Of a stretch of 17,093 bases of DNA, positions 6,360 to 12,274 are shown piece by piece. This stretch comes from an uncultured Methanosarcinales archaeon (GTDB lineage: Archaea > Nanobdellota > Nanobdellia > Woesearchaeales > CAZKBD01). Where the stretch lies: the NCBI GenBank assembly GCA_964550945.1, contig CAZKBD010000012.1, positions 11,602-28,694 of the forward strand, written 5' to 3'. How positions within the stretch are numbered: position 1 is the first letter of the stretch; each line of letters starts with the position of its first letter. The notes under the pieces were generated by a model, which saw only the letters and a list, made by a program, of their open reading frames with translations, had not been told where the DNA came from and searched no databases. The translations under genes were made by a program, and so were the position numbers.

Positions 6360-7261
6360 AATTTTAAGGTTGTTGTATACCTATGTGTTGCATTTAACCA
6401 ATCCTGCTCTAATTTTGCAACATTCTTTGCTGATTCTATCCTCTCATCCTTTAATCTCAGCAGTTTTTCCTTTTCTTTCAACAGGTGATATATCTTGATT
6501 TTTAATCTTTTCCTGACGCTTTCCTTTTGCTTAAGCTTGTTGAATATCTTTATTTCCTTCTGGTAATTGCTCTCCAAAGCAGTCAGCAAGGCTAATAATC
6601 TTGTAATCCAATGCGTGAAATTTTTGCTTTTTAGTATATCCTTCCTGATATTGTTTGCTGGCGGCAGTTTAGCCTCCAAATGGCATAACAGCTCTGACTC
6701 TTTTTTCAATATTGGCTCTAAATGATTTATCCCTAATTCTTTCTCTTCTTCAGCCTCTATCTCTTTTTTCTTGTAATCTTTTAGCAACCTTTTGTCTGTA
6801 AATATCAATTTCTCAATCAGCTCATATACTATCTGCTCAAGCTTTGTTATCTCTTCTTTGCTTAGGCTGTCTTCTTGCTTCTGCAGCTTTTGCAGCTCCG
6901 TCTTGCCCAATATCCCTATATTGATCTTCAGCAAGCCAAGCTCTTCCAAAAATACTGTTTCAAGGTAATAGTTTATATCCCTTAACTTCATTACTAATCT
7001 TCTTAGTAATGTCATATTAGCTTTTAAAATTGCTATTGCTTTATCCTCTTTTTTTAAGTCAATTGCTAATGTCTGGATTAGCAGTTCATGCAACTGTTTC
7101 AGCAGCAATGCTTTCTTGCTTTCAATGGTTATATCTTTCCTGAAAAGTAAAGCGATGTTTGGCTTTAACTTTTTATGCTTAACAGCATTTGCCTCTTTTA
7201 TTACTTTGCTAACTATTTCTGACTCTTTTATCTTAAACCACCTTATTAAACTGTATAACAC
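6356..7261 (-). CDS. Lys/Glu/Leu-rich coiled-coil protein (hypothetical). Start uncertain.
   Basis: The 301-codon ORF has heptad-like K/E/L composition and no recognisable motif. The track 'M' is a GTG (plus-strand cac at 7259..7261), and the first ATG is about 80 codons in. Its stop overlaps the DUF655 start (ATGA at 6356..6359). Confidence 0.5.
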   Translation of the reverse strand: MLYSLIRWFKIKESEIVSKVIKEANAVKHKKLKPNIALLFRKDITIESKKALLLKQLHELLIQTLAIDLKKEDKAIAILKANMTLLRRLVMKLRDINYYLETVFLEELGLLKINIGILGKTELQKLQKQEDSLSKEEITKLEQIVYELIEKLIFTDKRLLKDYKKKEIEAEEEKELGINHLEPILKKESELLCHLEAKLPPANNIRKDILKSKNFTHWITRLLALLTALESNYQKEIKIFNKLKQKESVRKRLKIKIYHLLKEKEKLLRLKDERIESAKNVAKLEQDWLNATHRYTTTLKL

Positions 7262-7275
7262 AGCCTATTTATAAA

Positions 7276-7384
7276 CATGTCGGAAATTCGGTGCTAAACG
7301 CACCGAATTTCTGAGCATGCTCAGAAATCAACAGATTTCTGACATGTCGGAAATTTTAGCGTATGGCTAAAATTTTTGAGCATG
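7276..7384. repeat. Three abutting imperfect hairpins that share CATG junctions (REP/BIME-like palindromic element cluster)
   Basis: Hairpin A, 7276..7319: perfect 12-bp stem gaaattcggtgc/gcaccgaatttc, loop taaac. Hairpin B, 7316..7346: catgctcagaaat / atttctgacatg, loop caacag. Hairpin C, 7343..7384: stem aaattttagc/gctaaaattt, loop gtatg. A 22-bp perfect palindrome, atttctgagcatgctcagaaat, sits at 7307..7328. The 13-mer catgtcggaaatt occurs twice (7276, 7343). Confidence 0.7.
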
Positions 7385-7418
7385 TCAAATTTAGAACTAA
7401 AATAAATATATAACGCCC

Positions 7419-7760
7419 TTATTTATTCTCAGCAAGAAATTCAGTAATAGTTGTAATTATCTTCTTTATTGAATCCTGGTTTAGCGTTACAGTATAACCT
7501 TGTAGAATTACCTTTAAATCATCTATAGTTGTAGGCATAATGTCAATTATCTTGGCTATATGCTGGTCTCTTAGCCTAGGGATGTTCAGCTTAGTAATCT
7601 TATCAGCCAGCTTATCATAATTCTTTGTGCTAGCAAACTGGCTGATATATTCCTCGGTCTTGTTAGCCCTGAAATTCAGCTCTTTATCCCTTTTTTTGAT
7701 TTTATCCAGCTCTTCTTTCAGCTGGTGCATGTTCAATGGCTTTTCTGATAGTATTTTCAT
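7419..7760 (-). CDS. rpoF: DNA-directed RNA polymerase subunit F (Rpo4 / Rpb4 homolog)
   Basis: 113 aa, immediately downstream of rpl21e (1-nt gap), which is the conserved archaeal position. The helical, charged sequence has KLNIPRLRDQHIAKIIDIMPTTIDDLKVIL, resembling the RpoF ...IAAKLVDLLPE...DIRVIF region. Confidence 0.75.
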   Translation of the reverse strand: MKILSEKPLNMHQLKEELDKIKKRDKELNFRANKTEEYISQFASTKNYDKLADKITKLNIPRLRDQHIAKIIDIMPTTIDDLKVILQGYTVTLNQDSIKKIITTITEFLAENK

Positions 7761-7761
7761 T

Positions 7762-8052
7762 TTATATCTTTTTTAAGTGCACAGGATGCACTATTAATGT
7801 TTTTTCCTTGCCTAGATCATTTATTGAAATTTCGTAGCATCTCCCTTTTTTTCCTTTTACTGTGCCTGACTTGCCATAAAATCTTGGAAAATAAAAACCT
7901 TTCTGAACAGCAGGCTCTGCGCCTAGATAGACCCTATCTCCTATTTTAAGGTCTTGGAAATAATTGCTTATGCTGATCTTGCCTTTCCGCCTGAAATTCT
8001 TGGATAGCTTGGACCTTGTCTTCCTGCGCATCCCGCCAATTCTTGTAACCAT
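7762..8052 (-). CDS. rpl21e: 50S ribosomal protein L21e
   Basis: MVTRIGGMRRKTRSKL...F..GD.V.......VQKG.....F.GK.G.V.G..G..Y.......GKEK.LIV.P.HL is typical of L21e. 96 aa. Confidence 0.9.
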   Translation of the reverse strand: MVTRIGGMRRKTRSKLSKNFRRKGKISISNYFQDLKIGDRVYLGAEPAVQKGFYFPRFYGKSGTVKGKKGRCYEISINDLGKEKTLIVHPVHLKKI

Positions 8053-8082
8053 ATCTGAAAGTGAAAATTAGCTGCATTTAAA

Positions 8083-8271
8083 AAGGTTTCTAAAATTGAA
8101 GATTTTAGAACCTTAGAAAATCTCTGATTTTCGTAAGGTGTCAAAAACCACCCATTGAAAACAGCTCTGGTTTTCAATGGGTGGTTTTTGAGCATGCTCA
8201 GAAATTTTTCACATCACCAAGGATATTGGCTTTCAGCCACTAGTCCTAGACTAGTGGAAAATTTCTGACAT
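8083..8271. repeat. Second cluster of hairpins with the same conserved base motif as 7276..7384
   Basis: Hairpin D, 8083..8114: aaggtttctaaaat/attttagaacctt. Hairpin E, 8116..8132: gaaaatc-tct-gattttc. Hairpin F: perfect 22-bp stem 8141..8162 / 8170..8191 (tcaaaaaccacccattgaaaac / gttttcaatgggtggtttttga). Palindrome tgagcatgctca at 8189..8200. Outer hairpin G, 8194..8271 (atgctcagaaattttt / ggaaaatttctgacat), encloses hairpin H, 8237..8257 (ccactagtc-cta-gactagtgg). Exact shared words with the first cluster: catgctcagaaat (7316 and 8193) and atttctgacat (7335 and 8261). Confidence 0.65.
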
Positions 8272-8326
8272 TTCTAAAATGCAGGCTTTCAATTATAAGA
8301 TGATAAACACTTCATATTCAGTAACG

Positions 8327-8336
8327 TTTATAAATA
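8327..8336 (+). promoter_or_regulatory. TATA box (TTTATAAATA) for the rps6e-eif2g operon. SD AGGAGGT at 8364..8370.
   Basis: The TATA box ends 42 nt upstream of ATG 8379. A canonical SD ends 8 nt before the ATG. The identical 10-mer recurs at 10310..10319 (+) and 7266..7275 (-). Confidence 0.45.
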
Positions 8337-8378
8337 TCCAGCTGTTTCTTTTAGCAAAACGTCAGGAGGTTCGTTACT

Positions 8379-8813
8379 ATGGCTAGTTATAAATTAACAA
8401 TTGCAGACCCTAAAACAGGGATAACATACCAGAAAGAAGTAAAAGACCAGCAGGCTAATGCTTTTCTTGGCCTGAATATCGGCGAGACTTTGAAAGGCGA
8501 GGCAATAGAGTTGCCAGGATATGAGCTAGTTATTACAGGCGGCTCTGATTATTGCGGTTTCCCGATGAGGAGAGGCATTTTAGGAGTCAGAAAAAAAATA
8601 AAAAGCAAAGGCGGTGTTGGCTTCAGGATAAAAGTGAGGGGCATGGAAAAAAGGAAAACCGTCTGCTCCCACAAGATAACTGAAAATATCACTCAGATAA
8701 ACCTTAAGGTTGTTAAAGAAGGCCCTAAAAGCCTACCAGAAGTGTTTGGTGTAAAAGAGAAGAAAGAAAAGAAAAAGAAAGAAGCAAAAAAAGAAGAGCC
8801 AAAAAAGGAATAA
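8379..8813 (+). CDS. rps6e: 30S ribosomal protein S6e
   Basis: KLTIADPKTG..YQKEV....A..F.G..IGE...G......GYELVITGGSD..GFPMR is the S6e signature. It has a Lys-rich C-terminal tail. Confidence 0.9.
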   Translation: MASYKLTIADPKTGITYQKEVKDQQANAFLGLNIGETLKGEAIELPGYELVITGGSDYCGFPMRRGILGVRKKIKSKGGVGFRIKVRGMEKRKTVCSHKITENITQINLKVVKEGPKSLPEVFGVKEKKEKKKKEAKKEEPKKE

Positions 8814-8814
8814 T

Positions 8815-10074
8815 ATGCCAAAAAAGAAAAACAACATAGAAGAATCCCAACCAGTTATCAATGTAGGCATGGTCGGCCATGTTGACCACGGCAAAACAAC
8901 GCTTCTCGAAAGATTATCCGGCAAATGGACCGATACTCATTCTGAAGAATTAAAAAGAGGCATTACAATAAGATTAGGTTATGCTGATGTTGTTTTCAGG
9001 AAATGCCCTAAATGCAAAGGCTCAAAAGCCTATACAACCAAGGAAAAATGCCCTCATTGCGATTCAGAATCAAAGCCGTTGAGGAAAGTAAGCTTTGTTG
9101 ACGCTCCAGGCCATGAGAGCTTGATGGCAACAATGCTTTCAGGAGCAACAATAATGGATGGAGCTATCCTTTTGATAGCCGCTAATGAGAGCTGCCCTCA
9201 GCCTCAGACAAGAGAGCATTTGATGGCTTTGGACATAATTGGCGTGAAAGATATTGTTATAGTCCAAAATAAGATTGACTTGGTCAATGAAACTGAAGCC
9301 ATTAAGAATTATAATAAAATTCAGGAATTCATCAAAGGGACAAGATATGAAAATGCTCCAGTTATACCAATTTCAGCAATGCACAGCGTCAATATCGACG
9401 TTCTGATAGAAGCAATTGAAAAAACAATTAAAACTCCGGAAAGGGATATCTCAAAACCGCCATTGATGCTTGTTGCAAGATCTTTTGACATAAACAAGCC
9501 TGGAACGCCGATAAAAGAGCTTGCTGGCGGAGTTTTAGGCGGCGCATTGAAACAAGGCACATTGAACACAAATGACGAGATAGAGATAAAGCCAGGGCTT
9601 GAAACCAAAGAAAAAAACCAAAGTATCTGGAAGCCGATAAGAACAAAAATAGCCGCCCTTAAGACAGGCGGCAATACAGTTGATTCTGTTGCTCCTGGCG
9701 GGTCTATAGGCGTTTTAACCTCTCTGGATCCGGCGATTGTCAAATCTGACAAGCTGGTTGGCTCTATAGTTGGTTTGCCAGGAAAACTTCCACCTCTCTG
9801 GCATGAATTGATTTTGGATGTTCATCTGCTCAACAGGGTAGTAGGAGTAAAGGAAGAGCTCAATGTAGAGTCCATTAAATTAAACGAAGCGTTGATGCTG
9901 AATACCAATTCAGCTGCGACTGTAGGCATAGCGACAGAGCTCAAAAAGAACATTGTTACCTGCAAGCTAAAACTGCCGGTCTGCGCAGCATTAGAGTCCA
10001 GAGTCACAATATCCAGAAGGATAGGCAACAGGTTCAGGCTGATTGGCTACGGCATAATCAAAGAGAAAAAATAA
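8815..10074 (+). CDS. eif2g: Translation initiation factor 2 subunit gamma (aIF2-gamma)
   Basis: G-domain motifs GHVDHGKTTL, DAPGHE, NKIDL and SA(M). There is an inserted zinc ribbon, CPKC...CPHC. Domains II/III are full length. It starts 1 nt after the rps6e stop, which is the conserved archaeal pairing. Confidence 0.95.
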   Translation: MPKKKNNIEESQPVINVGMVGHVDHGKTTLLERLSGKWTDTHSEELKRGITIRLGYADVVFRKCPKCKGSKAYTTKEKCPHCDSESKPLRKVSFVDAPGHESLMATMLSGATIMDGAILLIAANESCPQPQTREHLMALDIIGVKDIVIVQNKIDLVNETEAIKNYNKIQEFIKGTRYENAPVIPISAMHSVNIDVLIEAIEKTIKTPERDISKPPLMLVARSFDINKPGTPIKELAGGVLGGALKQGTLNTNDEIEIKPGLETKEKNQSIWKPIRTKIAALKTGGNTVDSVAPGGSIGVLTSLDPAIVKSDKLVGSIVGLPGKLPPLWHELILDVHLLNRVVGVKEELNVESIKLNEALMLNTNSAATVGIATELKKNIVTCKLKLPVCAALESRVTISRRIGNRFRLIGYGIIKEKK

Positions 10075-10309
10075 TCACTTGTTCTGAAACTCAGACATAT
10101 CATCATGCGAATTCCAGAAGCCGATGCCTAGTCTTTTAAATAGGTCTTCTTCCTTCTCGTCAATGATTGTCTCAAAATTGTCTTCTTTCATTTTTAACCC
10201 CTAACCCTTTTATAGCTTTTAGCCTCTTTTTCCCGTAAATATTCCGGAGTTGGCCTTTTTATATATAGTTTTGCCTTAAAATTTATAAACATTATAAAAA
10301 ACAGAAAAA

Positions 10310-10319
10310 TTTATAAATA
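10310..10319 (+). promoter_or_regulatory. TATA box (TTTATAAATA) upstream of the AbrB-PhoU-like gene
   Basis: acagaaaaaTTTATAAATA has an A-rich BRE-like stretch. A near-duplicate, aaaaTTTATAAAC, sits at 10278..10290. The SD-like AAGGGGGT lies 8 nt before ATG 10374. Confidence 0.35.
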
Positions 10320-10373
10320 AGATGAGATTGATTATAATAATTATAACATGCAACAATAAGGGGGTAGTCTAAA

Positions 10374-11291
10374 ATGCGAAGAAAAGTAATCCAGATAGCA
10401 GAGTCCACACAGCTTGTTTCATTACCCAGGAAGTGGGCGTTACAGCATAACATAAAGAAAGGCGATGAGCTTGAGATTGAGGAGAAAGGTTCTCAGATTA
10501 TAATCTCCACTGAAAAAGGCCCTCCAGTTGAAAAGGCTGAACTTAATATGGAACATCTTGAGCCTATGACCTTAAGGTATATTGTGGCACTTTACAAAAA
10601 GGGAGTGGATGAAATAAGTGTAACTTTTGATCATCCTACAAAGATTAAGGTTGTGCAGGATTCTATCGGAAAAGAGGCTGTAGGATTTGAGATTACCGAG
10701 CAAACACCTACTAGCTGCATTATTAAGCATGTTTCAGGAGAGCTTGAAGATTTTGATCCAATCCTTAGAAGGACATTTTTGCTTCTGGATTCTATGGCGA
10801 AACAGACCTATGAAGCATTGAAAAATGATAGGTTGGATGATCTAAAAAATGCAGCATTTTTAGAAGAAGCAAACAATAGGTTCACAACAACTTGCAGGAG
10901 ACTACTTAATAAGAAGGGATATAAAGATAATAAGAAAATAGGCCCGCTATACTATATTATAGAAGATTTGGAGAATATTGCCGACCAATATAAATATCTC
11001 TGCATGTATTTTTATCAAAAAAAAGATAAAAAAATAAAATTCAATAAAAAGGCATTAGCAATATTTAAAGATACAAATGATTTGCTCAGTAAGTTCTATG
11101 AGTTATTCTATAAGTATGATGTTGGGAAAGTAGTGAATATGGGGATATTAAGAAAAGAGATTATCCAAACAGCATTTAAACTATTCGAAAATTCAAAGAA
11201 CCCTGATGACACAGTGCTGTTGCATTATAGCTTGACAATAATGCAGAAGGTCTTTTGTCTAGCAGGGCCTTATCTTGTAATAGCCCTATAA
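10374..11291 (+). CDS. AbrB/SpoVT-type DNA-binding domain fused to a PhoU-like helical domain (archaeal 'phosphate uptake regulator'-type protein)
   Basis: The N-terminus, RRKVIQIAESTQLVSLPRKWALQHNIKKGDELEIEEKGSQIIIS, is a typical swapped-hairpin AbrB fold motif. The remaining ~250 aa is helical with paired repeats as in PhoU-like proteins. The PhoU call is by architecture and is less certain. The 3' end overlaps the convergent PHP gene by 22 nt. Confidence 0.6.
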   Translation: MRRKVIQIAESTQLVSLPRKWALQHNIKKGDELEIEEKGSQIIISTEKGPPVEKAELNMEHLEPMTLRYIVALYKKGVDEISVTFDHPTKIKVVQDSIGKEAVGFEITEQTPTSCIIKHVSGELEDFDPILRRTFLLLDSMAKQTYEALKNDRLDDLKNAAFLEEANNRFTTTCRRLLNKKGYKDNKKIGPLYYIIEDLENIADQYKYLCMYFYQKKDKKIKFNKKALAIFKDTNDLLSKFYELFYKYDVGKVVNMGILRKEIIQTAFKLFENSKNPDDTVLLHYSLTIMQKVFCLAGPYLVIAL

Positions 11292-12274
11292 GCTTCTTGA
11301 AGAGCTTTAACATGCTCTCCTTCCATTCCTATACCTAACTGCCTTTCAGGAGTAAATGCTCCATGAAAATCACTGCCACCAGTCAACAATAGACTCTTAC
11401 CATTAAGGCAGGCCATTTTATTGTATCCAGGGGGTATCTGTATTTTTAAATCTCGCAACTGGTTTGCTACCCATTTGAAATCAGTGGGATTCTCTTCAGC
11501 AGACCTATTTCCGCTCCTTAACTCAAAACCAGCTAATCCATATTGGACATATTCAGCAATCTTCTCCAAAACATTATAGCCACATGTCTCAATCTCAATT
11601 AAATGAGGTAAAATGGCTAAACCATTCAATCTTAATATAGCTTCTATTCCCTCTTTAGGAGTTGGAAATATTGGATCAGTTAGTGAAACATAGGCAGGAG
11701 ACTCTCTATTAAGATATGTGTTCATAGCTTGTTGCGGAGTGACAGCATCCCCCATCTCTTCTAAACCCCTAGATATTGCAACCCCTGCATGAAGCCTACT
11801 TGGAATACCCTGGGAAACAATGTCCATCAAGATTTGTTCTGCGTCAAAACATAAGCCCCTTGAGGTTATAGCAGGATGAGCATTTAATTTGGATATCATT
11901 TCTTTAAATCTTTCTATTCTTTGGTTTCTAACTTCCCTAAACCTTTCTGTGACCTGCTCGCTAGGTTCATCAAGATACAGGCCAATAATATGCACAGTTT
12001 TACCTGCATCATCACAAGATAACTCAATGCCCCTGATAATATCTAAATTTCCATAACCGTAAACTCCAGGAGAAACTTGGCTGGTACATTCTAAGTACTG
12101 GCTGTTATCCCTTATATTATCTGGAGAAAGTGCACGGAGATCATCATGGTCTGTTATTGCTAGTTGCATCAATCTTGTTGTCTTTGCTAAGTTGACTAAT
12201 TCAGGCAAAGAAGAATGCCCATCTGACCAACTAGTGTGAGCATGTAAATCTACAATCACTTTATCTTCTACCAT
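11270..12274 (-). CDS. PHP-domain metal-dependent phosphoesterase, TrpH/YciV-like
   Basis: VDLHAHTSWSDG...LAITDHDDL, IRGIELS, VHIIGLYLD, RLHAG, YL..ESPAYV, LAILPHL, GFEL and LLLTGGSDFHG give the full PHP metal-ligand series in TrpH/YciV order. The track start at 12286 is a GTG. ATG 12274 gives MVEDKVIVDLHAHT, the usual short N-terminus, and overlaps the upstream gene's end by 14 nt. Confidence 0.8.
   Translation of the reverse strand: MVEDKVIVDLHAHTSWSDGHSSLPELVNLAKTTRLMQLAITDHDDLRALSPDNIRDNSQYLECTSQVSPGVYGYGNLDIIRGIELSCDDAGKTVHIIGLYLDEPSEQVTERFREVRNQRIERFKEMISKLNAHPAITSRGLCFDAEQILMDIVSQGIPSRLHAGVAISRGLEEMGDAVTPQQAMNTYLNRESPAYVSLTDPIFPTPKEGIEAILRLNGLAILPHLIEIETCGYNVLEKIAEYVQYGLAGFELRSGNRSAEENPTDFKWVANQLRDLKIQIPPGYNKMACLNGKSLLLTGGSDFHGAFTPERQLGIGMEGEHVKALQEAYRAITR

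Noticed and set aside
5787-6361. Three tracked plus-strand ORFs (5787..5984, 5800..6018, 5921..6361) over the DUF655 gene
   Set aside because: All are antisense or alternate frames of a strongly supported minus-strand CDS.
7968-8195. Tracked 75-aa minus-strand ORF running from the hairpin cluster into rpl21e
   Set aside because: It overlaps rpl21e out of frame and is translated through palindromic repeats. The open frame is a by-product of those repeats.
8296-8325. Possible C/D-box sRNA (agatgata ... tcagt) upstream of rps6e
   Set aside because: There are no exact RUGAUGA or CUGA boxes at the right spacing and no terminal stem. It is probably just promoter-proximal AT-rich DNA.
7262-8378. 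Considered whether the repeated hairpins are a CRISPR array
   Set aside because: There is no constant-length direct repeat alternating with unique spacers. The units are inverted repeats of varying length that share only their bases, and they occur in two separate intergenic regions.
8746-8810. Purine-rich AAG/AAA/GAA low-complexity tract
   Set aside because: It encodes the Lys/Glu-rich C-terminal tail of S6e in frame. It is not an independent repeat element.
8733-8924. Tracked 63-aa minus-strand ORF across the rps6e/eif2g junction
   Set aside because: It is antisense to the poly-Lys-coding AAG/AAA tract, which gives poly-Phe/Leu. It is an artefact.
9321-10028. Tracked minus-strand ORFs 9321..9752, 9428..9646 and 9822..10028 inside eif2g
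   Set aside because: They are antisense shadows of a near-certain CDS.
10075-10191. Hand-found 38-aa minus-strand ORF (MKEDNFETIIDEKEEDLFKRLGIGFWNSHDDMSEFQNK) abutting the eif2g stop
   Set aside because: It has no SD, TATA or recognisable motif, and it is too short to separate from chance. I did not list it as a feature. It does contain the weak hairpin-family relative at 10082..10098.
10196-10207. Telomere-like word AACCCCTAACCC
   Set aside because: It is a single occurrence with no tandem repetition, so it is chance.
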